Below are positions 1 to 10,989 of a stretch of 50,173 nucleotides of DNA, one piece after another. A program made the position numbers and the translations under genes. Below the pieces are notes generated by a model that was given only the letters and a program-made list of their open reading frames with translations, searched no databases and was not told the DNA's origin. Position 1 is the stretch's first letter. Every line of letters starts with the position of its first letter. The DNA is from Chiloscyllium plagiosum (taxonomy: Eukaryota), in the NCBI RefSeq assembly GCF_004010195.1, contig NC_057720.1, forward strand, positions 12,124,276 through 12,174,448, read 5' to 3'.

Positions 1-303
1 TCCCCTCCCCCCACTTTGTCTCAGTCAAATCCCTCGAACTCAGCACCGCCTTCCTAACCTGCAATCATCTTCCTGACCTCTCCGCCGCCACCCCCACTCC
101 GGTCTATCACCCTCACCTTAACCTCCTTCCACCTATCGCATTTCCAACGCCCCTCCCCCAAGTCCCTCCTTCCTACCTTTTATCTTAGTCTGCTTGGTAC
201 ACGTTTCTCATTCCTGAAGAAGGGCTCATGCCCGAAACGTCGATTCTCCTGCTCCTTGGATGCTGCCTGACCTCCTGCGCTTTTCCAGCAACACATTTTC
301 AGC
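1..303 (+). mobile_element. Penelope-like element 3' end/pLTR (Neptune-like), truncated by window start
   Basis: Near-identical to 20400-20710, which follows a GIY-YIG C-terminal fragment. Hammerhead-like core at 214-241. Confidence 0.8.
214..241 (+). ncRNA. Minimal hammerhead ribozyme motif (PLE-associated)
   Basis: CTGAAGA-a-GGGC-tcat-GCCC-GAAAC-GTC: core CUGANGA/GAAA, 4-bp stem II, palindromic ACGT stem III, GUC triplet. Stem I is weak. Confidence 0.6.
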
Positions 304-364
304 AGTATCAAACCCAGTCAAACATTTTCAATTCTATCACTCTTTTGTTCTTCTGCAGGGCCAA

Positions 365-925
365 TAGAGTCACAGAGATGTACAGCACGGAAACAGACCC
401 TTCAGTCCAACTCGTCCATGCCGACCAGCTATCCAAAATTAATCTAGTCCCATTTGCCAGCATTTGTCCCATATCCCTGTAAACCCTTCCTATTCCTGTA
501 CCCATCCAGATGCCTTTTAAATGCTGTAACTATACCAGCCTCCACCACTTCCTCCGGCAGCTCATTCCATACACGCACCACCCTCTGTGTGAAAACGTTG
601 CCCGTTTGGTCCTTTTTAAATCTTTCCCTTCTTACATTAAACCTATGCCCTCTTGTTTTGGATTCCCTCACCCCAGGGGAAAGACCTTGCCTATTTATCC
701 TATCCATGCCCCTCATAATTTTGTAAACCTCTATAAGGTTACCCCATAGCCTCCGACGCTCCAGGGAAAACAGCCCCAGCCAGTTCACCCTCTCCCTATA
801 GCTCAAACCTTCCAACCCTGGCAACATCCTTGTGAATATTTTGTGAACCTTTTCAAGTTTCACAACGTCTTTCCTATAGGAGAGAGACCAGAATTGAACG
901 CAGTATTACAAAAGTGGCCTAACGT
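365..925 (-). mobile_element. CR1-clade LINE (HER1-like) 3' end
   Basis: ORF 444..863: LEKVHKIFTRMLPGLEGLSYRER..LFSLERRRLWGNLIEVYKIMRG..TRGH..WNELP, the typical CR1 ORF2 C-terminus, followed by the family 3' tail. Confidence 0.9.
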
Positions 926-1084
926 ACTGAGCTTCTCATCCCAGGTATCACCTGGCTAAGACTGCCAATGAGGAGGCACTCTACACAACATGCGGAATGT
1001 CCTCACAGCCAATGAAGTGCCCTCACAGTTGCACCCTAGGTCAGAGTCGGTTTGTGCACAGCAAGATCCCACCAATAAACAAGC

Positions 1085-1305
1085 AGACTGTTGCGAATGC
1101 AGGAAAACTGAAACAGACAGAGGGAAAGCTGGAGGAACTCAGCTGGTCTGGCACCATCCGCAGAGAGAGAATCCGTTTCGAGGCCAGGGTGAGTCTTCAG
1201 AACACAGTCCAGCAACGTTCAGTTCTGAAAGAGAGTCATATTGGAACTCGAAACATGACCTCTGTTTCTTTCTCCACAGATGCTGCCAGAACCTGCTGAC
1301 CTTCT
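1085..1305. mobile_element. Old palindromic Penelope-derived element
   Basis: Imperfect inverted arms (ctcagctggtctggcaccatc...gatgctgccagaacctgctga) and a decayed hammerhead-like ctgaaagagagtcatattggaactcgaaac. Related arms at about 17050-17185, 24920-25055, 35610-35715 and 39160-39260. Confidence 0.6.
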
Positions 1306-1570
1306 AACAGTGGCAGCTTGCCGGCAACTGCAGTCATCTACTGTTAGTTTGAGGAATAGAAATAGTCTAGGAGACCAAGGAGATTATCTTCATGTCCCGC
1401 TTTGGGGTCTTTTACTGAGAGAGCAGTCATTTGTAATTTCAATGGATGTGTTCTCTCCTCGGTCGCTGTGGCTGTTTTAAAAATGTGAAGTCTCTCCACG
1501 ATTTGTGCTGGTAACCAAGGTCTTGCTGTTCCCTCTGACTGTCACACCCGCCCCTCCCCCCCCAATGCAG

Positions 1571-1707
1571 GGATGGAGCTGTTTGAGGAAGCTCTTCAGC
1601 GTTGGGAGCAGGCTTTGTCTTTCCGTAGCAGACAGGTGGAGGATGAGGCGAACTGCACCGCTGTCAAACTGGGGGCTGGAGACGCAATAGCAGAAGAAAC
1701 AGTGGAG
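1571..1707 (+). CDS. MIGA1: Mitoguardin 1 internal coding exon A (phase 1 in, phase 0 out)
   Basis: Acceptor ...cccaatgcag|gg at 1570 and donor gag|gtaagg at 1708. Translates (G)MELFEEALQRWEQALSFRSRQVEDEANCTAVKLGAGDAIAEETVE, recognised as vertebrate MIGA1/FAM73A (human recalled as GMELFEEALRRWEQALTFRNRQAEDEA..KLGAGDAIAEENV). Confidence 0.93.
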
Positions 1708-1779
1708 GTAAGGCCCAGCAAAGAGAGGACAACACCAAACATGAGCTGCAGCATTGTGCACGCCAGAGTTTCAGCATAT

Positions 1780-2052
1780 GGAGGTTCAAATCCTGCCCTG
1801 GCAAATGGTGAAATTTGAATTCAATAAAAAGATCTGGAATTAAGAGTCTAGTAATGACCATGAATCCATTATCGATTATTGGGAAAAACCCACCTGGTTT
1901 CACTAATGTCCTTTAGGAAGGAAAACTGTCATCCTCACCTAGTCTGGCCTACATGTGACTTCAGACCCATAGCAATATGATTGACTCTTAACTGCCTCTG
2001 GGCAATAAATGCTGGCCTGTCCAGAGATGCCCACATCCCCTGAGTGAATAAA
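1780..2052 (+). mobile_element. tRNA-derived SINE, MetaSINE-like (5' truncated)
   Basis: B-box-like ggttcaaatcc, central ctggtttcactaatgtcctttaggaagg..gtctggcctacatgtgact domain, tail ggcaataaatgctggcc..cccacatccc. Same family as 5735, 9041 and 18878. Confidence 0.65.
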
Positions 2053-2139
2053 CAAAGCAGTATTTTTCAGTTACTCTTGAAATGCAGCAAAGTAATCGGG
2101 CACAGCAAGCTCCCACAAACAGAAGTGATTCACTAGAAT

Positions 2140-3020
2140 AGTTCCAGCTATGAGAACCTTCAGCAACGAGGACAGATTGAAGAATTTCTGACTGATCTCC
2201 TTAGAGAGAAGGCTGAAAGGGATTCGATACAACTTTCCAAAACCATGGACAGGCTGGACAGAGTGGATTGGGTGAAGCTGTTCCGCTTCTAAAAGAACGG
2301 CGAAGCTGAGGGCGCAGCTTTAGAGATGTGCAAATGAAGCAAAGGCGATGTGAGACGAATCTTTTTCACAGAGTGAGTAGTTAGGGTGCGGAATGCATTG
2401 CCTGGAAATGTGGTGGTGGAGGCAGATTCGATTGAGGCATTCAAGAGGAGCATTGAATGTCTTTAAGACTATAAGACATAGGAGAGGAAATTAGGCCATT
2501 CAGCCCATCATGTCTGCTCTGCCATTCAATCATGGCTGATACGTTTCTCAACACCATTCTCCCACCTTCTCCTTGTAACCCTTGATCCCCTTGATAATCA
2601 AAAACCTATCTATCGCCATCTTAAATACACTCAATGAGTTAGCCTCCATTGCCTTCTGTGGCAGTGAGTTCCATAGATTCACCACTCTCTGGCTGAAGAA
2701 TGTTCTCCTTATCACCTTTCTAAAAGGCCTTCCCGTTACTCTAAGGTTGTGCCCTCTCAATGGAAACATCTTCCCAACATCCACTGTGTCCAGACCATCC
2801 AGTATTCTGTAAGTTTCAATTAGATTCCCCCTCAGCCTTCTAATCTCCATTGAGTATTGACTGAGGAAAGTACATTGAGGATAGTAATGGTGTGCAAGGA
2901 TATGGGGATAAAGGCAGGAGATTGGCACTTAGGTAATAAAGCTGGACTAGACAATAGAGACAGTGCAGACATGATGGGCTGATTGGCCTCCTTCTGTGTC
3001 ATAACAAGTCTACGATTCTG
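2140..3020 (+). mobile_element. Old CR1 3' fragment interrupted by a minus-strand CR1 (about 2465-2865)
   Basis: Decayed CR1 C-terminal sequence on +. Nested minus ORF 2548..2928 reads RRLRGNLIETYRIL..FFSQRVVNLWNSLP. Confidence 0.8.
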
Positions 3021-3024
3021 TGAA

Positions 3025-3635
3025 GCAGGAATGTGATAATGACAAGATAATCTGTATTTTTGTGATTTTCATTATGGGATCACTATTGTGTGGGAACCTG
3101 GGGAGAGTTGTCTTGCTCTTGGGATCTTTACAATCCATTCGATTTAACATCTTTTCTGAAAGATGGCAACCTTTGACAGTGTAGCACTCTCTCAGTACTG
3201 CAGTGGAGAGGCAACCTAGATTTGGTGCTCAGGTTTCTAGAATGGTATATTTAAGTAGAGTCATCAAGTCATAGTGTCATATAGCATGACCCTTCAGTCC
3301 AACACATACAGGCTGACCAGATATCCTGAATTAATCTAGTCCCATTTGCCAGCATTTGGCCCATATCCCTGTAAATCCTTCCTATTCATATACCCATCCA
3401 GATGCCTTTTAGATGTAATTCTACCAGCCTCCACCACTTCCTCTGGCAGCTCATTCCAAACACGCACCACCCTCTGCATGGAAAAATTGCCCCTCAGGTC
3501 CCTTTTATATCTTTTTCCCTTCTCACCTTGAACCTATTACCTCTAATTTTGGACTCCCCTACCCTGGGATCTAAAATCTGACATCTGAACTCAGTGGTGG
3601 GAGTGCTATTAACTGAGAGATGGTGGACACTGGCG
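3025..3635 (-). mobile_element. DeuSINE (SacSINE1/AmnSINE1-like) split by a CR1 3' end (about 3255-3570)
   Basis: Deu-like gacagtgtagcactctctcagtactgca and tttaacatc..gaaagatggca. Further decayed copies at about 6400-6620, 8080-8935, 9950-10290, 12190-12440, 21150-21370, 22170-22400, 41330-41590 and 46930-47175. Confidence 0.6.
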
Positions 3636-3799
3636 TTAGATTTGCTTTAGACAGGTTGACATGCACTGGAGTGTGATCTGGATTAAATACTCAAGCCTCT
3701 GAGTCGCACGTGAACCGTGTGATCCGTAACCTTCAATCAAAGACAAGCGTGTTATCAACTGAGCTAAAGCATGCATTGTTGAAAGTGGAAGCTAATGAC

Positions 3800-4180
3800 A
3801 AATTGTAGCATAGGATTCTTAAGGGGCTTGTCAGGGTAAATGTTGAGAGGATGTTTCCCTCATGGGAGTGTCGAGGGCCAGAGGGAATAGTCTCAGAATA
3901 AAGGGGCACCGATTTAAGACTGAGATGAGGAGGAATTTCTTCTCTTAGAAGGTTTGCAGTCTTTGGACTCCTCCCCAAAGAGAGCTGTGGGGGCAGAGTC
4001 CTTGTGTATATTTAAGGCTGAGATAGATAGATAGATTCTTGATCAGGAGGGGAATCAAGGGTTATGGGGAAAAGGCAGAAAAGTGGATGTGAGGAATGTT
4101 GGATCCTGTTGAATGGTGGAGCATGCTTGAGGGGGTAAATGACCTCCTCCTGTTCCTATTTCTTGTGGTTTTATGGTCTT
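3800..4180 (+). mobile_element. CR1 LINE 3' end (second subfamily)
   Basis: aggattcttaaggggcttg..gaggaggaatttcttctct..ggaatcaagggttatggggaaaaggcag. Same subfamily as 26100-26430 and 40740-40915. Confidence 0.8.
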
Positions 4181-4309
4181 AAATAGACTCTTTCTCAATC
4201 ATGAACTTATGCAGTTCTACAGGAGTGTGTTTTCAAACATCCTTTGGATTACCTTAGATCAGAAACTGAACTGAACAAGTCATATAAATACTGTGGCTAA
4301 ACAAAAACA

Positions 4310-4858
4310 GGTCAAAGGCTAGGATTGCAGCAGTGAATACCTTACCTCTGGCTCCCCAGACTTTGTCTGCCATCTACAAGGCACAAGTCAGGAGTGTAAT
4401 GGGATGCTCCCCACTTGCCTGGATGGTTGTAGCTCCAACAACACTCAAGAAGCTCGACATCATCCAGAACAAAGCAGGCCACTAGATTGACGCCATATTC
4501 ATCACTGTAAACATTCATGCTCACCACTACATCTATGAAATGCACAGTAGTCACTCACCAAATTTTCTTCAGTAGCACCTTCCAAACCTATTACTTTAAC
4601 CAGAAGGACAAGAACAGCAGATGCATGCAAATGCCACAACATCCAAGTTCCCCCTCCAAGTTAAATTTATCTGACCTGGAACTTGTCGCTTCATCATTGT
4701 TGCTGGGTCAAAATCCTCGAACTCTCTTCTGGGGTGTACCAGCACCGCGTGGACTGTAGTATTTAAGAAGACAGCTCACCACCACCTTACCTGGGGCTAT
4801 TAGGGATGAGCAATAAATGCTGACTTACCAAGTGACATTCACATCCCATGAACTAATA
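4310..4858 (+). mobile_element. CR1/L2-group LINE 3' end sharing its tail with the MetaSINE-like SINE
   Basis: Reads IYKAQVRSVM..PLAW..TLKKLDIIQNKA (RT C-terminus) and ends tagggatgagcaataaatgctg..acatcccatgaa. Other copies at 10990-11770(-), 21780-21915(+) and 26840-26965(+). Confidence 0.7.
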
Positions 4859-5296
4859 CATTTTAGCACAATATCTCATGTTTGCACTTTCCATAAATAA
4901 TTGAGCATAGGACTTCAGTGTTAGCATATTTACTTCTGACTTGAAGCTGTGTGGAGAGTTAATGGATTTTAATGTGGATAAATGAAAGGCAGTGCTTGTC
5001 TGGAATAGGAAGAATGAGATATATACAGAATGCATGGAACCCATTAGCAATGGTAGGAGAGAGCACTCAGATACAATTACCGGTTCTTCTTTGAATCAGT
5101 TGTCAATTTGGCTGATCAGGGCTTATATTTACATATCAGAATAAATAATGTTAACTCTGAACGAAGATTATATCTCAACTATGCATTACATTCACCTCTC
5201 AAGGGCCATGGACTTATGGAAGAGGAGCAAGGGGCACTTTCATAAAGGATAAAGAAAAGTCTTTGCATTTGTAGAGCACTTGGCACAATGGCTTTG

Positions 5297-5645
5297 GAGC
5301 AGCACGGTGGCTCAGTGGTTAGCACTGCTCCCTCACAGCGCCAGGCATTCAGGTTCGATTCCAGCCTCGGGCAACTGTCTGTGTGGAGTTTGCACATTCT
5401 CTCTATGTCTGCGTGGGTCTCCTCTGGGTGCTCCGGTTTCCTCCCAGAGAGCAAAGATGTGTAGGTTAGGTGAACTGGCCATGCTGAATTGCCCATAGTG
5501 TTCATGAATATATAGGTTAGGTGCATGAGACAGGGGAAATGTAAAGTAATAGGATAGGGGAATGGGTCTGGGTGGGATACTCTTTGGAGGGTCGCTGTGG
5601 ACTTGTTGGACCAATTGGCATGTTTCCACACTGTAGGAATTCTTT
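5297..5645 (+). mobile_element. HE1-type V-SINE (full length)
   Basis: tRNA head with A box (tggctcagtgg) and B box (ggttcgattcc), V-domain tgtgtggagtttgcacattct..ggtttcctccc, CR1-like tail. Confidence 0.9.
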
Positions 5646-5734
5646 GATTCACTTCTTGTGATCTTCTGTCATCTCCATTGCTTTAGAGCCAATGAAATAC
5701 TTCTAAAATGTTATGAACGTTATAATGCACGAGA

Positions 5735-6108
5735 TAATGGTAATAGTGTTGGCCTCGTAATCTAGAATGCCCGAACCTCCTGCTAATTTTAAGAGACATG
5801 GGTTGAAATCCCAGCAGGGCAGATGGTGAAATGTGTATTTTATAAAAATCTGAATTAAAAGCTTATCTATTGGTAACTATGTGACCACTACCAATAGCTG
5901 TAAAAACCTGTCTGCTCCACTACTGTCCTTCAGGGGAGAAAATGTGACATCCCTACCTGGACTGGCATATATGTGACTCCAGGCCCATCCACAGTAATGC
6001 ATTTGACTCTGAACTGGTGAGAAAGTCGATCGTTTCCAGGGCAACTAGGGGTGGATAACAAATGCTACCCCTGCCAGAGATACACATGTCTTATGAAAGA
6101 ATAAATAA
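5735..6108 (+). mobile_element. MetaSINE-like tRNA-SINE (diverged)
   Basis: Same head, central domain and tail as 9041-9385. Confidence 0.55.
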
Positions 6109-6682
6109 ACCATCAGCCTTTATCTCTACAAATTTTGCTTCAGATGGTTACATCTGATTAAACTGAATCTAAAGCAATCATGCACCACATCTCAGGAAGA
6201 GTTTAACTGCACTTGGAAGAGATGTGACTAACTGGTGCAAGATGGACTAAAGACGTTGGATTGTATAGAATGTGGATTAGCTAATTGGATGTTTAAGATG
6301 ATAAAGGATTGATGGAGTAGAAATTATTTCCTTGTTGAAGGGAGTTCATAACAATGAGTCATAAGTTTAAAATTACAGCTGGTCTATTTGCAGTGATGTT
6401 GGAAAATGCTTCCGTGGTTTTATCTCCTGATTTGAATGAACAAATATTAAACAGGACACTGGGGAGAACTCCATTGCTGTTCTTCAGAGTAGTGCTGTGG
6501 GATCTCCTGTGTCCTTCCAACTTCCAACAGTTCAGGGTTTCTGCAACACTGTCAGCTTGGACTATGAGTTCAAGATTCTGGAGTGGGCATTGAATCCTCA
6601 ACTGAGCGACGGTAAATTATCTGACTAACATTCAGGAGGCCTGTACTAACTGATGTTCCCCATCTCTTTTTGCCTCCAATAG

Positions 6683-6806
6683 GACATAATTAGTGCAGAA
6701 TTCATACACAAACTGGAGTCTTTACTCCAGCGGGCTTATCGTCTGCAGGAGGAGTTTGAAGCCACTCTGGGTACACCTGACCCAATTTCTCTTGTGAACG
6801 ATATCG
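6683..6806 (+). CDS. MIGA1: Mitoguardin 1 internal coding exon B (phase 0 in, phase 1 out)
   Basis: Pyrimidine tract and ccaatag|gac acceptor, donor atcg|gtgagt. Encodes DIISAEFIHKLESLLQRAYRLQEEFEATLGTPDPISLVNDI, in frame with exon A. Not in the ORF track. Confidence 0.93.
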
Positions 6807-6889
6807 GTGAGTCTGTGCTTGTGTCATTTATTTGCGTGATCGGTTGCTTGTCTGTGTAACTCAGAGAGTACTAAAGCCCTATCCCAATA

Positions 6890-7415
6890 CATTTCTGACG
6901 AGTCTCACATCTCCAATCCACTAAATCCAAAGCAGCACATGCTGATCTTAAAATGTTCATTCCTTGTTTTCAAATGTTTCCATGTCTCCACTGCCCTCAG
7001 GATCTCTTTAGTCTCCTTTAATCCTTTAACTGTCCAGGAATTCTGCTGTCCCCCAACTCTGGCCTCTTGTTCATCCCTAACAATCCTTCAATTCTCCATA
7101 ATGTTCCATCGCTCCACTGTAAGTGGTCAGTTTGTACTGTGGGAGGAAACCGGAGCACTTGGAGGAAACCCGCACAGACACAGGAAGAATGTGCAAACTC
7201 CACTGTTTTTGTCCTCAAGTTTTGGAATTCCTTCCCTAATACTCTTGGCCTCCCTGCCTACCACACACTCCCTTGTGCTTCAAGTCACTCCAACGTTTTG
7301 ACCAAGCTTTTGATCAGTTGTCCTTACATGGTTCGGTAGCAAACTGATCATACTCCTGTGAGGTGCTTTGATGTGTTTCACTGCATCCAAGCTGCTACAT
7401 AAATCTATGTTGTTT
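6890..7415 (+). mobile_element. L2-clade LINE 3' fragment containing a minus V-SINE piece (about 7120-7205)
   Basis: Decayed LK..LVFKCFH..AL L2 C-terminal motif and tail gctgctacataaatctatgttgtt. Confidence 0.55.
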
Positions 7416-7617
7416 TTGATACTGTAGACAGCACGTTGTGAAAACATGTTCAAAACTTTAACCCTGTGACCTGTCTAAGAGGTAAGGTCTAATCTTTCTC
7501 ACTGGGCTTCTCCCCCTTAGGATAATCAGCAATGCCAATTGATTACCTTTCTCCGTCTCCTCTGGTCAGGTGCCATTCCTTTTCCAATCCAACTATGTTT
7601 GAATATCTTGTAGTGAT

Positions 7618-7832
7618 TGTAATGAGGTTAACCAGGTGGACCTCATAGAATATGAGTTCCCTGATTGGGGCTGTTAACCTATTTCAATCAGGGAGCCCTG
7701 GCTGACAGATATAAACAGAAGTATCAGAGGTTCTGTTCACTCTGAGACCTGGCTCTGGGGGAGCTGGACCAGTGTCAAGTACAATAAAAGGTGACTTGGT
7801 GACAGGATACCAGCCTTGCTGGAGATGTTTCA
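7618..7832 (+). mobile_element. Probable solo LTR
   Basis: TG...CA termini, inverted ccctgattg/caatcaggg pair, TATA-like gatataaa near 7708, AATAAA near 7783. No clear TSD. Confidence 0.55.
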
Positions 7833-8169
7833 TCTCTCCCCACTGTTTTTTCCACCTTTCTTTCACCTTTCCTCCACCTTTCCTCTTCTCCTTCCTCCTG
7901 GCTGTCTCACCTCCATCACTCACCTTGCCACATTTCCTCATTGTGGCATATGCAACAGCAACATCATTTACCACCTCCTGGTTTATTGGAAATTGAGTGC
8001 ACCTGCTCACTCCTTCCCGTTATCCAGGGCTGGTGAGAGACCAGCTTTTTGCCTTGTCCTTCCACCTCTTTCAAAGGTAATGGTTCAGACTGGAGTACAG
8101 TCCCTCTCTTACCCCACACTTATTGTCAGCCTTTAGTGCTGTACTGAAGATGTGCTGCACTGTCTGTAT

Positions 8170-8652
8170 ATAACATAGAACATTGAACTATACAAGACAG
8201 GAATGGGCCCTTTGGCCCACAGTGTTGTGCCGGGCATGAGGTCGAATTAAATTAATCCCTTCTGCCTGCCTATGGTCCATATCCTTCCATTCCTTGCTTA
8301 TTTGTCTGCTTATCCAAAAGTCCCTTGAAGCCCACCCCCCCATCATATCTTACTCCACCACCACCTTGGCAGCACGTTCCAGACTCCTACCACTCTCCAG
8401 GTAAAAAAAAACTTTACCCCTCACATCTCCTTTGAACCTTTCCCCCTCTCTCCTGAAATGCATGCCCCCGAGTATTAGACATTTCAACTCTGGAAAAAAG
8501 ATTCCGACTGTCAACCCAATCAATGCATCCCATAATTTTATAGACTTGCATCAAGTCTCCCCTCAGCTTCCGCCACTCCAGAGAAAGTAACCTGAATTCT
8601 TCTAGCTCTCCAATCCAAGTGGCATCCTGGTAAATCTCTTCTGCACCCTCCA
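8170..8652 (-). mobile_element. CR1 LINE 3' end
   Basis: ORF 8414..8653: LLSLEWRKLRGDLMQVYKIM..SNTRGH. Confidence 0.85.
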
Positions 8653-9040
8653 CGGTGCTGTCTTTCTGGTGAGATGCTAAACCGAGCGCCTGTTTAACTT
8701 AGAATTCTGGTTTATTCCTTAACTAACACCAGCAAAAAGAGATGAAGGCAAAGTCTGCAGGGGCTGTGAATCAAGGTTAACAGAAAATGTTGGTCTTCCA
8801 TTAGAGATCAGAAAGTGCCTGTGCAGCGAGGAAAGGAAAGTGTATGATTTGTTGACAACCTTTCATTAAGTCAGAAGACATGGTCATTTATTCGTAGCTT
8901 TGTGTGGGATCTTGCTGTGTGCAAATTGGCTGTCCGGGGAGCAGAGGCAGACCATGCAGCTACTTCAGCCGCTCACTTGGATTGTGGCTGATTTGTCCCA
9001 GGTAAGTCCCATTTACCTGTGCCTGCCCCATGTCCCTCAA

Positions 9041-9385
9041 TAGGGGAGGTGATGGCCTAGTGGTGTTAGCGCTGGTCTACTAATCCTGAGACCTAAGTAA
9101 AGTTCTGGGGACCTGGGTTTGAATCCCACCATGGCAGATAGTCAGATTTGAATTCAATAAAAGCCTAGAATTGAGAGTCTAATGATGAATGTGAATCACT
9201 GGTGTGGAAAAACCCATTTGGCACATGAACGCCCTTCAGGGAAGGAAACTACCATGCCTAACTGGTCTGGCCTACATGTGACTCCAATGTGGTTGACTCT
9301 TAATTGCCTTCCTAGCAAATAGGGATGGGCAATAAATGGACAGGACAAGCAGCGATATCCACATGCTGCAAATGAATAATATAAA
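9041..9385 (+). mobile_element. MetaSINE-like tRNA-SINE (full length)
   Basis: A box tggcctagtgg, B box ggtttgaatccc, central cccttcagggaaggaaa..tggtctggcctacatgtgactcc, tail agggatgggcaataaat. Confidence 0.65.
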
Positions 9386-9594
9386 AGCCTCGTTCTCAGT
9401 TTTGAGGTTTTTTATTTGCTCCCAGCCTCCATTGTTTGTTGCAGGAGAGAGTCTCAGATTTTCAACAGTACCCAAGAGTCAAAAGTATTCACCAAGAGCA
9501 CGTCCTTGAGGTCACAGAAGGTGCTACGTGAATGCATGTCTTACTGTCCTTGCCATATACTTTTCAGTTTATTAAGAGCAAAGGCAGCTACAGC

Positions 9595-9610
9595 TCACTA
9601 GGGGGCAGCA
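9595..9610 (+). promoter_or_regulatory. CTCF-like motif
   Basis: tCACTAGGGGGCAGCA closely matches the CTCF core consensus CCACYAGRGGGCRS, in non-repetitive sequence. Confidence 0.45.
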
Positions 9611-10329
9611 GTTCCACCAGTTGTGGCTGAGTATCCAGGGGAATGGATTGGGGGTGGGGAGAGAAGGAGGATTCAGGGGGTGAGGGTGGGATGGTGACAG
9701 AGCCAAATTTAGCTGTTGGCTGCCTGTTTGGCATTCCTCCCTGTCACCTGCTGTTTGAGTTCGGCTGGCCCTGTTGAAGGTTGTGAACCCATTTGTCCTG
9801 CTGTGCAAGGGCCCGGACTCTGACTCAGGTTTATTGCTGGCGAGCTGTGATGAGAAGTCCAGCTGCTGTCTTGTCAGCTTCCCCTCGCCTCTTTCCCAGT
9901 CCTCTTCCCTTCCCCCAGCCCAGCGGAACCTGTAACTGAGCACCAATAGAAAGAAAGAGAAACTTGCATTTGTGTAGCGCCTTCATGCCTTTCCAGGATG
10001 CCGTAAGATGCCTTATGGCCAAACCTTTTGGAGTGCGGTTACTTTGTCAAAAATGCCATGGCCAGTTTGTGTCCTGAAAGATTCCAGGATCATAATCACA
10101 TCTCAATATTGCTCTAGGTTATGGGGAGAAGTTTTCTGCACTTTGAGTTAGCACTGTGGGATCATTTATGTCCCCGAGAGCATCAGGTTACAGGCTGGAA
10201 GCTGTATTTGATAATATTTTTCAAACGGATCTCCAAAAACCTGAATTAAACCATTGGCAATGCAGCATGACTGATGTATAAACTGGGAAGCAAAGCTGGT
10301 CTCATCCAGAGTCTTGCCAACTGACCCAG

Positions 10330-10985
10330 ATGTCTCTCCCCACCACTCCGGCATACCCATGACCTAACTACCTCCGTTCAAACATCCCCAATTACAACCT
10401 ACCCTGCTAACCCATGCTCCATGATCCAAACGGAGTCACCCTGACCCACTCTACTCCCTTAGTCATTCCAACCCCTGTCCGCGACTCACTGACTATGATA
10501 GGAGAAAGTGAGGACTGCAGATGCTGGAGATCAGAGCTGAAAATGTGTTGCTGGAAAAGCGCAGCAGGTCAGGCAGCATCCAAGGAGCAGCAGAATCGAT
10601 GTTTCGGGCATTAGCCCTTCTTCAGGAATCTGATTCCTGAAGAAGGGCTAATGCCCGAAACATCGATTCTCCTGTTCCTTGGATGCTGCCTGACCTGCTG
10701 CGCTTTTCCAGCAACACATTTTCAGCTCGTCACTGACTACCCAACAACTTAATGCCGCAACCAGTCAAGAATTCTACCTTCTCACCCATCCAACTCCTAG
10801 TTTATTCACTAAGAACCCTACCCACAGCCTCACCTAGGAACCTATCTGCTCATACACTTGGGCTATCCAACCCTCCACTCCACCCACTTCACCCTTCATC
10901 CATTCAACTACCATCCACCACCCTCTTTCACCACTTGGTACCTTAATGCCTCACCTACCTGGACTGTACCCTTTCGGCTACCTAA
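10330..10985. repeat. C/A-rich low-complexity degenerate repeat hosting a PLE palindrome
   Basis: Recurrent ctaccc/caccca/actcac units. Confidence 0.5.
10496..10729. mobile_element. Palindromic Penelope-derived insertion with 10-bp TSD
   Basis: 97-bp arms 10534-10630 and 10632-10728 around a 1-nt loop. TSD tcactgacta at 10486-10495 and 10730-10739. Confidence 0.85.
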
Positions 10986-10989
10986 TGAC

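Noticed and set aside
1573..1818. 81-aa ORF as a stand-alone small protein
   Set aside because: It is MIGA1 exon A reading through a canonical donor at 1708 into the intron.
5297..5375. tRNA genes suggested by A and B boxes here and at other SINE heads
   Set aside because: They continue directly into V-SINE or MetaSINE-like bodies and do not form complete cloverleaves.
9847..9939. Possible C/D-box snoRNA (GTGATGA ... CTGA, 93 nt)
   Set aside because: Only a 2-bp terminal stem, no recognisable rRNA or snRNA guide, and a low-complexity interior. Expected by chance.
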